A stretch of DNA of 64,000 nt from Tubiluchus corallicola (taxonomy: Eukaryota; Animalia; Priapulida), in assembly GCA_030141605.1 (NCBI GenBank), contig JAQGDQ010000035.1, forward strand, positions 620,001-684,000. The letters run 5' to 3'. Of this stretch, positions 40,811 to 55,355 are shown in pieces; within the stretch, counting starts at the first letter, position 1; each line of letters starts with the position of its first letter. The notes under the pieces were generated by a model, which worked only from the letters and a program-made list of their open reading frames with translations, was not told the origin of the DNA and did no database searches. Position numbers and translations under genes: made by a program.

Positions 40811-43800
40811 GTATGTTTTGTTTAGTTTATTCAACATTAAATAGTTTTATGTTTGAATGATCAGTGGGACAACAGGCTGATAGTTGAGTTTAGATTATTT
40901 CAAAAATGCCATAATTGTGAGTGCACATTGCTATTAGAGTGGCTGAACAAAAATTATAGAGTGCACCACCATAGCTGCAAGTGTGCTCATTTGATAGCAC
41001 TATAAGCTCGTATATTTAATTTAAAAAACCGCATTTCAAATAATTTAAAAATTATTTCGAAATGACGGACAGTTAAAGTTCTAAAAAGCGGTCGTGTTTT
41101 AGCAGTAACAAAAAATGGCCAAGTCCAGTTTGAGCAAAAAGTTAAAATTGTATTTTTATTTTAGCATAGTATTATTTATAGCTAAAAGTAAAAATTCCAA
41201 ATGCAGATTTTAGTATGTTAGTATTGTTAGTAATGGACAGACATAGACATAGACATATCATGTGATATGGCACTATCGCATTCATTTTCCATCATCCAAA
41301 AAACCCGAACGATGTTTTACCTTAACACTAACAAGTGAGAAAATGGACTTTTTATGAAAATGTGCCAAGTTGTCAACTTTAGAATGTTATAAATGATGCC
41401 AATTCAGCGGGTAGTTAAGTGCTGATAATTAATATAAATTTTGGTAGCCCAGTGTAATGTAAACCAGATATTCATAAACATTTTGCACCTCCACATTTCT
41501 GCTAGGAAAATTTTTTACATGAAAAACCGGGAAAACAGCATTTTTGTGAGTATTGCCAAATTTACCGTATGAAAACTATGCATTTTAGAAAGTGGGATTT
41601 AGTTGGCTGCACCTAGCCATTGAAGGGATTTTTCTGGGTTTAGTGCCAAGTCCATGTTTTCCTCTTGTACAGATAAAAATCTGGTATGAAGAAACTCCTT
41701 TGTCATGGCAACACATTAATTAATTCTTTGTAGAATTAATCCAAGAGTATTTTAAAGGTATTTTTTCAAAGATAATACTTTGAATCTGTAATCTTTTATC
41801 ATGTGGTATATGCACTACCTTGATTACACCTGTTTTAATGCATTGATGACCTTTTTCCAGGAACATCTAATTGATATTTTATCATTTCTGTTATTTAGCC
41901 GTATAATATAAATGTTAACCAAATCATAATTATTGACGTGCATTTTAGTAGCCAAGAACTGTTATCAAACAGAAAGCATTTATAGCAATACCTGTGCAAC
42001 ACCTAGTGCTGAAAATTCTTAATTAGTTTTACCTGACACAACTAATCGATAACTGTTTTATTTTATAATTGTAAATGCTAATTGTTACTTTTTCTCAGAT
42101 ACCCACAGTAGGTTTCTTAAGAAATGATACAGGATGGAAAACCTGGATACATAATAGGTTTGCAATTTCTCCTGTTGCATGTAATTTATGAAACGTTTTT
42201 ATATTTTTTTGTGATTTGAATGTTCAGTCAGAGCCCAGTTTAGTTTTTACTGTCTCCAGAGAGAAATGCTGTAACTTCACCTACATTGCATTTTCTCTGG
42301 TACATCTAATGGATAAATTGTTTTATCACATTTGGCTGTGCACTTAAACATCTTAGTCATTGAGAACTTCATGTACTTAAAGTTCTCCAAACCAGGATTT
42401 GCTCAAATGTTGTTTCAGGCATGTGAAACCGAAATACTAATATAGTATTATGTCACACTTGGATAATCACAATAATACTTTTATGGCTGTACCCTCTGTC
42501 GTCGCACAGAATGCACCCCTTGATCACACCTGTTTTAATGTATTTATTGCCATTTTTAGGCATCTATTTGATGTTTTTTGTTTTTGTTACTTACGTATAA
42601 TGAAATTTTTCCAGTGTGACAAACCTGGCTGCATGGCAAGTTTGCAATTTCCAGGTACATCTAATTGATAATGCGTGTATTTTTGTGAATGTAGTTAAAT
42701 GTGTTGTTAGCTCAGTGTCTAGCTCAGTAGGATTAACTGCCTGCAATGAAATGTCTTGTAGCATTACCTGAGATACAAAATTGACAAATACAGACTGTTA
42801 TTGCAATATGACTGTGTGCTGTAACTTGCAATATATGTAGAGCTTACAATTCCTGTTTCTCAATTTCAAATGTGTACTAGATTTTCTTTGGGCTAGGGTA
42901 AAGTCAAAAATGACAAAAGTTAAAAAATAATTAAAATTCAACTTGTAATAATGCAAAGTAAAGTTATTATAAATAATGATGTTAACTACACAAAATTTCA
43001 TATCTGATTTCTTTTTATAGTACATTATACAATATTTGTAGTACTTTCTTAATATGAAGTTGATATGACTTAATATGACTACGCCTAGTTATTAATTTTT
43101 TTATGCCAAACTTGGGTAAAAATGGAAAATGAAAATGTAAAACTGTTGCAAGTAAACCTGATATGGGTTTTTTGGATACAAGCAGAACATCTAACTACTT
43201 TTTGTAAGAAGTCTAAGATGCACCCACTTCTGCTGAGTACATCCTCATGGTTAATTGCTGAGTTTTTATGACAGATAAGATTGAAGGAACGGAGATTTAG
43301 TTAAAAGGAATAGTGGTTAAAATATTGGGTTGGTAAGATATATGAGTATAAATTTATCATGGTAAAGTATAAAAGTATTTTACTAAAATGTGAATTTTCT
43401 GCACAAGAGATGATAATGATTTAAGCTTACCATTGGCAACAAGCAAGATAATTTACAAAAGTTTACATGTTGGAAACCGTTGACTTTCAAAGTAGCATGT
43501 TAGATCTCAAAAACATCAACGTGTTTATTAATTATCTGATCTTGAACTCCAAACTCAAATGTTGACCTTTTAGCTGTTGTATAATGCAAAATGAAGATGA
43601 CACTATAATCACTTTACTGGTCTGCAGGATTCCACTAGGTTGGGTAAGATTTGCAAAAGCCAAGAAAAACAAGTTTTAAATATTTAAGTTTGTTTTATCA
43701 TAATCATTCTTTAACATCATAATAAACATCAAAATTGATAGTTTTGTTTATCATAATTTTGTTAACTGGAAAACCTTTAGCCAGAAACTAAAGTTTAGTC

Positions 43801-44035
43801 AGAATAGCTAAAGAAAATATGAAGTAATTAAATTCTTGGCAAATGAATACCTCCATATTTTAACATACTTTCATTATAATGTGACTGACATAACACAAAA
43901 AAGGCTAAAAATATTGGCTGTGATGAAATGATTCAATTTCAGAAATGAATAGCGTGTAATTCATTTGCGTGTAATTTAAAATGTGGTATGAGCTGAGACT
44001 AATTTTGATATTTTCAGGTAGAATACAGGTTCAAC

Positions 44036-47000
44036 ATGTGGGTGCAAGTTAGAAGCTTCGATGGGAAGAAGTCAGTCCGTGTTGATGGTCTATCAAAGTT
44101 AACAAAGGTGGAAGATTTCCGGAAGCGATTGGTTGAGTTGTTTGACGCTGATCCAGAAAGACAGAGACTATTCTACCGTGGCAAGCAAATGGTCGACGGC
44201 CACACGTTGTTTGATTACAACGTTGGTCTTAATGAGATTGTACAGATTATGATTCGCCCAGTTTTAACCAATTCGGACATTAACTGTAACAACGACACAG
44301 CTGGTGAATACATCATACTAGCATCAACTTGTTTGCCTAGATCTTTTATTTATTAATTTGTACAGTTTAAACATATTTTAGTAGCAGCCAGAGTGATGCT
44401 TAAAGTAGGCATTAGACAACAATGTTGAATGTCATTTATTGGCATGTGAAATGATGCAATTCAAACTAAACACACAACTTATTTTGAATTTTTCTTTGCA
44501 CCGAAAGAACAGACAACCCTTCTTTTATAAACTCGCTTATTTTATTCAAATATGTTGTTGTTTTTAGTGTGCAGCACATAGTTTATAAGTGATTTAATAA
44601 GTACCTTAGTTTGTTACGCAAATGTAATTATATTTATCAACATTGCACAATAATGAGTTGTATTAACATCAGTGAAGAAAGAATATGTCTATATTACTTA
44701 GAGACAAAAATTATGCATCAACTCTGAATTTCTGGACAGTGTAGTATGAAATAGCTTGTTAATAGTAGGTCTAAAAATGTTTTTATACCTTTCAGTTTCT
44801 GTATTTGTACCACTTGTTGCAGAGTAGTGATTTGGTTATATAGATTTTGGTACTGATAAGTTAAAAAAGCATTTTACAGTCATACCTCTGTTGTCGAATG
44901 TCTCCGTACTCGTACAAATCGGTTTTCAACCAGAAAATTCGTGCTGAAATTGTTTCCACTCTCGACCAACCGCCAAACACGTGATAAACACGTGTGGCGA
45001 GCCGAGTAGAGCTGAGCGTAATCGACCGCGCATGAGAGTAGTCATGCACAACATTTGAATTGCCTAACATCACTAAGGGCTTTCTACGCTTATTTTTCTC
45101 CGCTTTTTCATGCAGGAACAATTATGTTTTTCTTTCAAAGTAATTTTATTATGTTTTTCTTATCAATTATATCATATCTACTGTTTGAATAAACATTTTT
45201 GCATTATTATATTTCGTTTTAGTAATACTTTACAGTTCATTTTGTGCTTGAGCAGAGGTACTACTATACTATCTTATAATGGAACAGCTTGTCTTTCTAA
45301 TCTGTTGTAGAGTTAAGGAAGTAAATCAGACATGTTAAAGAATGACCGCCTCTGTGTTTCACTCAGTTTGCTGGCGACCAACTATAGAAAAACTTCAAGC
45401 TATTGGTGAAATACAAACAACTGTGTACATTTTCATGATGTGTATGAATATATTATTTTAGTGTATGACATGTTCTGCCACTGTTCTGACATACTATTCT
45501 AATTTGTTAGCCTAATTTCACCTAATTTTTTTCTTCAGAAACCGAAGATGCGAATGGAAACAGTAGTGGTGATGAAAGCTGCTGCTCAGAAAAAGAGAAC
45601 AAAAAGGAGAGTGTTGTAAGAGAGGAAACTGAGAAGCATGACCTCCGCCATGACAATGAAACTAGTAGCAGTTTATACAAGATTGGAGACCTAATTGATG
45701 TTCGAGATAATTCTACAAATGCATGGTTTGAAGGTACTGTGAAAAAAATTACTGAAGACTTTGAAAGTCATTCTGCTACTGTCAGTCATAATGGTATTAT
45801 AACCAGTGTTGATTTGACAAATGATACGAAATCTAACATTACAGATGGGTTTCTATACCATGTCACATACGACGCATACCCAGAAGATGGTATCGTACAG
45901 TTTAAATGCCAAGACATTCGGCCTCGTGCTCGCAAGCTTCTTTCCCTATCTGAACTTAATATTGGCGATATAGTAATGGCAAACTATAATTATGATGAGC
46001 CAAATGAGCGTGGATACTGGTACGATGTAGAAGTGGCCAAAGTCTGCAATACTCGAACAATAAAGTTGCTGTTTGGATCTTTGCACATTGGAGAAAATAA
46101 AGCTGTTTTGAAAGATTGCAAAATACAGTTTATAAATGAGATATTTAAAATTGAGAAACCAGATTCAGTTACGCCTCATTGTTCACCTGTGAAAAGATTG
46201 AGTAAGCCTGAATGTGACCACTGCGGTGACAATCAGCGGAGAAAATGTAAGCATTGTGGATGTAGCATGTGTGGAGGAAAAAATGATCCAGGCAAGCAAA
46301 TATTATGTGATGAGTGTGATGATGCTTACCATATTTATTGTCTTAACCCACCTTTGGAAACTATTCCCGACGAGGAGGAGTGGTACTGTCCTCTTTGCAA
46401 AAATGATAGTAGCGAAGTTGTGCAGGCAGGAGAGAAATTGAAAGAAAGCAAGAAAAAGAGTAACATGGCTTCCGCTAAAACTACTTCTTCTCGTGATTGG
46501 GGCAAAGGTATGGCCTGTGTCGGTAGAATGAAGGAATGCCGTATTGTTCCTCCAAATCACTTTGGTCCAATTCCTGGTATTGAAGTGGGCATGATCTGGA
46601 AGTTCAGAGTTGGAGCAAGCGAAGCTGGCGTTCATAGACCCCATGTAGCTGGCATACATGGACGAGAACATGACGGCGCTTATTCGATTGTATTATCTGG
46701 AGGATATGAAGATGATGAAGATTGTGGTGATTCGTTTACGTACACGGGTAGTGGTGGTCGAGACCTTTCCGGAAACAAGCGTACAGCAGAACAATCTAGT
46801 GACCAACTTCTGACAAGAATGAACCTGGCCTTGGCCAAAAATTGTTATGCGAAGGTTGATGCACAGAAAGGTGCCGATGCAGGAGATGACTGGCAGTTAG
46901 GGAAGCCCGTAAGAGTGGTGCGAAACTGCAAAGGAAAAAAACATTCAAAGTACGCTCCCGAGGATGGTAATCGGTACGATGGTATATATAAAGTAGTCAA

Positions 47001-47634
47001 GTATTGGAAAGCTAAAGGGCAGTCTGGATTCAACGTGTGGAGATATCTTTTGAGGCGGGATGATTCGACGCCAGCTCCCTGGACAAAGGCTGGACAAAAG
47101 AGGATTAAAAATTTGGGTATTGAGATGCAGTACCCTGATGGCTACCTGGAAGCTGTGGCTGCAAAAGAAATAGCTAATGGCAATCAGTCTGCAGACAAAG
47201 AAGATTTAAAAACAAACCGCAAGAGAAAGAGCAAGATAAATGGTGTGAGAGAAGAACCGCCACAAAAGAAAAGCAAGCCAGCTAAGAAATATGAAGTTAG
47301 CCCTGAGATTCATAAACTTGTTAAATTAGATGAATGTAATCGGAAATTATGGGATGAATGCCTGAAAACAGCAGAGGACGGACAAAAACAGTTCTTATCA
47401 TCAGTTGAGGAGCATTTTTCTTGCATATGTTGTCAGGATATCACTGTTAAGCCTATTACAACCAAATGCTTACATAATGTTTGTCAGCCTTGCCTGAAAC
47501 GTTCATTTGCAGCTGAAGTTTTCAGTTGTCCTGCTTGCCGCACAGAGCTGGGAAAAGATTATAGCTTGGCAAGTAACAAGAATCTGGTTTCAATTCTCAA
47601 TAAATTGTTTCCAGGTTATGAAAGTGGGCGTTGA
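44036..47634 (+). CDS. UHRF1: E3 ubiquitin ligase UHRF1 (UBL-TTD-PHD-SRA-RING), ~787 aa, exons 44036-44303 and 45539-47634
   Basis: MWVQVR..LSKLTKVE..QRLFYRGKQM (UBL); AWFEG, YHVTYDAYPE, NYNYDEPNERGYWYD (TTD); PHD C4HC3; GVHRPHVAGIHG, GAYSIVLSGGYEDD, GSGGRDLSGNKRTAEQS (SRA); RING and FPGYESGR*; phase-1 intron G|gtgaat..ttcttcag. Confidence 0.96.
44877..45260 (+). mobile_element. Tigger/pogo-like DNA element fragment in the UHRF1 intron
   Basis: TA|CAGTCATACCTC.. terminus and CpG-rich body in a CpG-poor intron; right end not located. Confidence 0.45.
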
Positions 47635-49154
47635 ATGTCTATCGTGCATGTACGCAGATTTGGAAGAACTTACTACATCTGGAAGTGATAGCATCACATA
47701 GCTGTTCCTAAATGGATAATGCACTATTACCATTTGTAGCCTACAGCAAAATGGTGCTACTGCATGGAGAGCTACAGTACTGCTATTCCTTAAGTGATGA
47801 CAGTTACTAATAAACAAACTATATTGAAATTATGTTATAAGAAGTGTTTGTCTTGTTACTATCTTGATAATTTTAAAATTAGGGTACTGGTCTTAAATTT
47901 CATTGCATATTACTATACATATCATGTAATTCATGATTTGCTATTTTTCAGGTATAAACCATGAAATTGTTAACTAGATTGTGTCTCTTGTGTGAAAATT
48001 GTGTGTTTTTGTAAATATGTGGCTTCATTTGATCAGGTGTCCAAGAATGAAGTTTGTGTATCATACACAAAAATTGCTTTAAATCATGTAGCTTCTGTAA
48101 CTCTCCTTTCAAAACTATTATAAGAAGTTATATATTTTTCATAATTGTGAAAACAAAATAAATTGCCGTGCCTTAATGTATATACTGTTGTATGAGTCGT
48201 GATGGTGAAATCAAGTATTACAAAATATGACCAATTTTTGCAAATAATATAACATCCATTTCTAGGTTTAGTAAAAACAGTTAATGTTAGCCACTAGTTT
48301 GTAAATATTTAGAGCAGTTTTGTAATTTTTAAAAATGAATTAGTAGTGTAGTCTGTGTATAGAAATGGGTAATTAAATCCTTCTATACGTAATGACAAAG
48401 ATGTTTTGCATTATTATGCAGAAGGACGATGTATACACGTCTGTTGCCTGAATGTGGTTGAAATAACTTTGATCAGTTTAGTGGCTCATCTTAGAGGCAT
48501 AGCATCGATAATTAGTCAGGTCTTGGCTCCCCCAACCATGTTGCAGGGCTGTAAACTGTATGAAAAAATTACACAATTTTGGAACAATCAGATTTGCTTT
48601 AAGCGTCATTTTAGGATTAGCAGTAAAAGTACAGTGCACAAGACTGTACACTTCAAGAAAAAGGAAACTGACCTCGCATAAATTTTTGATTGAGTCATTC
48701 AGAAGAACCTTATTTCATTTATTACAATGCAGCACAAGCATGTGATCGTAGGACAAATTTTCTATGAAAATGTACAAATCCGTCTTTATGGAGGCTTGTG
48801 AAGATCTCAACTTTTCCAATACACAGCTCCTGATTTGTGACAATATTAGTAACGAAATGAAATATTACTATAAAACCAACTACAGTACCAAGCCCTGGAA
48901 AGTTGTCATGTTTTTGAGTTTCTAAAATTTTATTTTTTTCTTGTGTAAGTCAGTTTTCTGAACTTGCTTTTATTTAAAAAAACTTAGTTGTTGTATAAAA
49001 AACTATTTTATTGCAGAGTTGCACATGTTCATAATAGTGGTTTATAACATTCTATCTAGTTTTTATGTATTTTAGTGGGGTTCATACAAATGTGACTTGT
49101 AAAACTGCCATGTTGTTCTTACATGCTATGTTCTCAGTTGTGTATCATTTATTT

Positions 49155-49160
49155 AATAAA
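49155..49160 (+). terminator. Candidate UHRF1 polyadenylation signal
   Basis: AATAAA about 1.5 kb after the stop, followed by T-rich sequence; another AATAAA near 48158. Confidence 0.35.
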
Positions 49161-50356
49161 ATTTATGTATTTTAGCATCTAAGAAATAGTTATTATTTTA
49201 CCTAACCGAATAACTTTAGTTGCTGTGTAACATCATTCACTTCAAAGGGCACCATGCTGTAGTAATTCCTTTTTCTTGTCATTAGATTGCATCATGACAT
49301 GTCTAATTCGCTTTACTGTCTTCTAAAATCATTGAACTAACACTAGCTTATGTACTTTTATTTATTTATTTAAAGTTTATTTCAGCACATAAAAATGCCA
49401 TATAAAAGTTAAAATTTACTATTACAAATAAAAGAAAGGAAAAGGACGATATTACCTGAAAATGTAAGGTTGACTAATAAAGCTTCTAAGATCAGTTACT
49501 CTAGTAGAGGCAAGATGGAAATTTTAAATATCGAAACGGTTCAATAAAATAATGGTTAAATGAGAACTGAGGATAACATAATAAATTTTTATTACTCTAC
49601 ACTTCTTAGAACTTTGAAGCAGCAAAATGATCAAATAAAACGCTACCATTCTAATTTTCTCTTCTATTTGCCTCAATTCATATCATGGATCTACACATTC
49701 TTGTCAAGTCGCTAGGTGTCAGCACATTGCTGTAAACTAACAGCTGGACCCGAGATCTTTCGTTAGATGCCAGTGCTTTAAGACTTAGACGCTGTTTTCG
49801 TTTTCACCTTAAGATAAAATATACTTTATTCCAGGTAAAAATCCATAATATCAACACACTTATACTATAAAACTACTATATATGTGCAATAGCTACCGAC
49901 TTCTCGAACACATGAAATACTACCACAATAAAAATAGTTACAGATAAAAAATGTCAAAAATACATGTACAAAATTTAAAAATTAACAGATAACTTCTGTA
50001 TACAGCCGATTTATCCAATATTGATAATTTTTAGATACCATACCTAAACTGCAATACCATACCTTTACTTAATTCTGCTTTTACAAAATATTAGCCTAGG
50101 CTGTTTTCGCAAATAATGATAATAATACAAAACAAAAACATGCGTGCCGGCCGGGATTTAGAGAACTAAATCCTCAAACAATTTGTGAGAGCGTTGTTGC
50201 TTCCAGAAAGGTAGTGTTTCGGCGAAAATGTCTTTACGAATAAAGCATTGTTTATTTTGTAACATTAAAGACAAAAAGGACAATATATCGTAAATAAGGG
50301 ATCTTGGATTCATAAATGAGAATTCTAAAAACAGTAAGAAAATAAATGTTGACCCG

Positions 50357-50470
50357 GGCCTAGTTTCTCAAAACCAGCTTTAAGTTAACGACGTCATTAT
50401 ATCATCAGTTTAGTAACTGTGATAGCGACGTGGTTAACTTTAAGACGACTTCGTTGTTTGGAAACCGGCT
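50357..50470. mobile_element. Short palindromic MITE-like hairpin
   Basis: GCCTAGTTTCTCAAAA..TTAAGTTAACGACGTC pairs with GACGTGGTTAACTTTAAG..TTTGGAAACCGGC. Confidence 0.55.
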
Positions 50471-52699
50471 ATGTACAAAGAGTAACTAAACCCTAAACAC
50501 GTTTTAATATTCTGTAGTTAATCGTCCACGACGTAATCATTTGTCAAGCACACTTACTATAATTATAACATAGAACATAACATTTAAAATCATGGAAACT
50601 CAGGCGATAACTAACAAGGCAGCAATAACCCAGCGGTGTTACAGAAAAGCTGTGCCATTTCACTGCTTTTATGGACGCGATTTTTTACAATAAACTTTAC
50701 TTGTTACATGTACAGTTCTTTTGTTTTAAATTAGCTGCCTTCGAGGCAAGCATGTCAAAATTAGCCTTTACATTAATCATAGGTTGGGCTTTCAAGCAGT
50801 AGATTAATTCTTAAGCTCTCAGGCCTACAGACTAAAGGGGGTATAATGAAAATGTATAGCTGTCTTTAATTTAACTACAGAAACCTTCTATATCTGCGAC
50901 TAACTGAGGAAGTAGCACCTAGCAAACTAATAATCGCTTGTCGGTCTAAACAAAGACATAGACAGAGATATAGACTACATCAATTAATAAAAAAGCAATA
51001 AACCTTTCATCTGTGCCAGGTTCCACTATCCGAACAAACTACAGGCAATAGAAAAATTTGCAGCTGTCAACATCTAAGGAGGAGAAATGTTTCTACCGTA
51101 TGGTGCCACGCCTTTGTGCTGTCACCTTGAACTTGGATCTATATGCTAACTAGCTCGAGGAAATATAAAAATCATGTAGACAAGAAAATGTGCGAAGGTT
51201 GAACAAGGTGTAATTACATCCGGGTATGAAATTCAAATCTTCCGTTAATATCAAATTTAGCAAACAAAATTTGTTTACTAAATTTCAAGGTCTAGCCACA
51301 AAGTCATTGATCAAGTGCAGAGTCAAGTGCATGCACTATAATAGCCACTATTGTGCTAAAATTGATGAATGACTTTATGAAATCATGGTTCACAGCGGCT
51401 GACGTTGTAGGAAATTCATCACTAGAAGAGCCCAGGCAACAAATCATCTTAAGATTATTGATTTATGATGAATTAAAACGACTATAGAACGTTAAAACGA
51501 AATTTGAAGTTTGAACGAAGCCGGAAATTAACGTGGATTTGGACGAAGAACCTTAGATTAGAAATCCAAAGCTACGACAAATATGTCACATAGAAGATTA
51601 ATAATTAAGTGACTTAAGTGCATTTCTTTATTCATTATGTTACTAGCATACACTTAAGTTACGTACAATTACAGTAGTTTCTAACAATATTACATATTAT
51701 ACTGAATATCATTTAGATGCAAATAACCTACATAATAGTAATGGCGATGGTGATAACGACGACGACGACGACGACAATAATGATGTTGATCAGCTTATAA
51801 CCTGAGTTTCAAGATAATAATTTAAACGTAAACAGAATATCGATCGAACAGTTTTTTTACACACATGGTTGTTATATTGTGAAGGCAGTGGAAACAAAGG
51901 TTGCTGTTTGAACGGTTTGGTCTTGACCACTGCGGAAGCGAAAGAAATGAAATTGAAGGTCAGCTAAACGGACGTGTCCACTTAGGCGTTTCAGTTGAGC
52001 TTGAAATTTTCATATATTCACGCCACGTGAGGGGCAAGATCAGTTTTGCTGTCCAAGGTCGACCAACGTCATAATGTGAACGTGTTCGTGTTTTTGTCTG
52101 TCGAGTAGACATTCATTGCCTGGAGACAAGGTTCACGACCCAACAAGGAATGGACAAAAGAAGGTCACAATTATTATTAAATAGTCAGAAATAGACGTGC
52201 TGATGTACAATTCCCGCCTGACCTTAGTCCTTGAACTGGCTAAAAGTTAGTTATAATGACCAGTGACCACACAGGATTAGGCTGTGTTTTGAAAAGGCGA
52301 TTACAGAGTCGATTAAACTAGTATTACAAGAACAGAGGCCGGGTAGAGTCAAAGGTTACATGAAATTGCCACCGAGATAGTAATTACATTACAAAATTTT
52401 TTCTGGAGTTGCTTTATATATTCACTTACGTGGCTGAGAATGGCATTCTATAGAATACCCGATTTCACACTTTGTCTGTAATATATATACAAATATTTTG
52501 GGTTTATATTTTTAAAAATAATATTGTTTTTTTGGGACAAACGGAGTCTAAAATTCGGATTTCTTTATTTTATTATCTATTTTAATTTTTTCTGTTTTAA
52601 TGTTGTTTTAAGTGTCAGAAATTACCCGGATATTATCACCACAATAGTTTGTTATATTTAATTGTATGCACCTATACAAATTTGAAGAATATAACAATG

Positions 52700-52945
52700 T
52701 TGATTAATTTTATGACTGTGCTTTCCAAACTGCGTAAAAAGTTCACTGAGAGCACCAAGCTTAAAAAGTTTTTATCTTCCATAGATTATTGTACAGGAAA
52801 GAAATCCGTGTAATAACTCATCTAAAACATTTAACCTAGATGAGACGAAATGAGATTAGTCGACCATTTTTTAAGTCTTTGATATGATTTAGCTATGGAA
52901 TTCAACCCACAACTTCCTGCATGGAAAGAAAGCACGCTACTTGAG
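52700..52945 (-). mobile_element. tRNA-derived SINE remnant
   Basis: ttttaagtctttgatatga..ggaattcaacccacaacttcctgc is the reverse complement of a B-box-like GGGTTGAATTCC head; degraded. Confidence 0.45.
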
Positions 52946-53065
52946 AAGTAAACCTGGTTAAGTGACAGGTTAACCGTTAAAACTATATGTAATTAATAGA
53001 CAGAAGTTCTTATATGCTAGTAATTAACTGTTCAAATATTATAAATCTGTTGTACCACACACACG

Positions 53066-53275
53066 CTTCATTCATTCACTCATTCATTCATTCGCACCAT
53101 TATAAGCTTCATTCATTCGTTCGTTCGTTCGTTCATTCATTCATTTATTCATTCACTCACTCATTCGTTCGTTCGTTCATTATTTCGCTCGTTCATTCAT
53201 TCACTCGTTCATTCATCCACATGTTCATTTATTGGTTCACTCATCTGTTCATTCATTCTTTCAGTCATTTCTTCT
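53066..53275. repeat. Compound (TTCA)/(TTCG)n microsatellite
   Basis: Many TTCA and TTCG units; explains the spurious ORF 53014-53295. Confidence 0.9.
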
Positions 53276-55124
53276 TCAACGAATTCAGTTTTTAATTACC
53301 ACTATTTTTTTGGCATAATAACGGAAGACCATTACAACATTATAGTGACAATTGACAAAAACGTTTGTACCATGGAAGTCGTTTTGAAACTTGTCAAATG
53401 TCAATTTTTCTAGTTACGGGTTGTGTTAGGTTTCGCAAAAGTCAGACAAATCCCACTCGAAAGATAGACATTGAGTTTTGTTGAAAGCAAAACTTTTCCC
53501 ATAGCAATCAGGCAGCTGAGCGTCCATCTGTACACCTGATAGATTAATAATTAATTCACTTGTTCGTATATCAGAATTACATGTTGCTGCTCTATCCGAG
53601 ATAATCTCACTGTACAGTGTACAGTGCTCGTACCTGGATGTTGTTGTTGTGACAATTTTTTGAAAAATGAACGCTCGCAAAAAGAATTCATGGTTTTGTT
53701 TTCCGTTTTCATCGCTCAGTTTCGAACCCTTAATAAGTAGACCTGAAGTCGAAACGAATAAGGGAATTCCTCACACACCGAAAACATGTAGCATTGTGGC
53801 ATAGTGTGACTAAGTGTCATTTGAATTTTCTAGTACTTCACAAAAACTTAATGTGAATATTCGATTTGATTAATTTATAATCAACAAACGATTTGTTTAT
53901 CAGTGCCTAACATTCGGCCTTGGTTAAGTGACAAGTACTATTGCTTGTGTCACCCCTTTGCAAGAGAAAATATGAAAATTTTATTTGTATGACCTACTTT
54001 TAAATTGTGTACTTGGAATCTAGAGCCACTGGACGCCTAGCGGAGTGTAGGCCTATTCGTCAACATAATTCTGGATTCAAGGTTTAGGTAAACACATGCA
54101 CAAGAAAGTTTAGTAGAATATTGTTGATACAAAACACCATAGAATGTATCCATGCTGCATGATCTCAAATAGAATAATAATATTTTAATTGGTAACTGTT
54201 ATTACTAAATTTTATGTAAACACAAAGGCCGCGTATATTAGACATGCCATCTTACCAATCCTATTTAAAGTACATAAATCCAATTAAATAAGATAGGCTT
54301 GAGTAATTACTGCTCATCGCTGAAATTCTGTGAAAATATGCAGATCGAATTCTTGCAATGTCCTGCATTATTTCTTTATACACCCTATTACTTAGTTATG
54401 GAATAACTCGCTATTAAATAAATTTTCTCTAAGAGATTTGAACAATAAACCCGTTCAACGCCATCATCATTGCGCTGCACAGTTCCTTGTGATCAAAATA
54501 GTGGTTAATTTAGAAAGCTAGCCTAACAGTTTGCCAACTAAAGCAACAAATTCAATGCTTATTTTGTTCATGTTAGCGTAATTGCTAACTGGACTAATTT
54601 TTGTAATTAATTTTGAGTTTTTAGACGCCTGAATTTGTGAAATTTTAAAAGTATAATGCGCCAATGTAATGTGGTGCTTTGTTTAAACTCTGTTTGTTTA
54701 TTTGCATCTGGCGTTATCTTATAAAATCGCATCCTTATTAAATTAAAATAACTTCCCACGTCTGTAGATATTAATTACAGTTAAAATGTTTTGTTTCAAA
54801 TGAGAGTAAATTTACTTAGATACTTGCACTTTGAAATGAAATTACGTAACTATGATAATGAGTTGAAAGTGTGTCAATTTAGAGCTTAGAGTCTATAAAG
54901 TATAAATTTAACCAAAAAAGCTAATCTAATTAAATAGAAATTATTCATAAATTAATTAGAAATTTCCGGGTTTAAATACAGAGGTTCAACTGCGACTCTT
55001 CACATTTCCTTTCCTTTGGTTAAAATTTAGTTACTATTATTTGGCAGTATATTTTTAGTTTATAACAAAACATCAAACGCCTGCATTTTCACGTAAGTCC
55101 TGCCCCCCCCCCCCGTTAGAAGAC

Positions 55125-55355
55125 TTAAGTGGCGTTTATTATATGCGTATCCGGAATGCGTAGCGTTATGGGATGCGGAAATAGATAAAATCGGTTCATA
55201 TTGTTTTTAATGCACTCGTTTACCAGACCTGCTTTATGCGTTATTTTTCCTGCAGCTACTTTCTATTGACTATTGATTTTTATTCCGCAGCTATTTTGAA
55301 AGTGGATAACTCATATCGCAAACGCATACCGGATGCCCAGGTAAACGCTACTTAA
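55125..55355. mobile_element. MITE with ~45-bp imperfect TIRs (PIF/Harbinger-like)
   Basis: TTAAGTGGCGTTTA..ATCCGGAATGCGTAGCGTTATG vs reverse complement of the right end TTAAGTAGCGTTTA..ATCCGGTATGCGTTTGCGATATG. Confidence 0.7.

Noticed and set aside
44304-44356. Stand-alone 106-aa ubiquitin-like protein
   Set aside because: Read-through into the intron of UHRF1 coding exon 1
53014-53295. His/Ser/Phe-rich 93-aa ORF
   Set aside because: Translation of the TTCA/TTCG microsatellite
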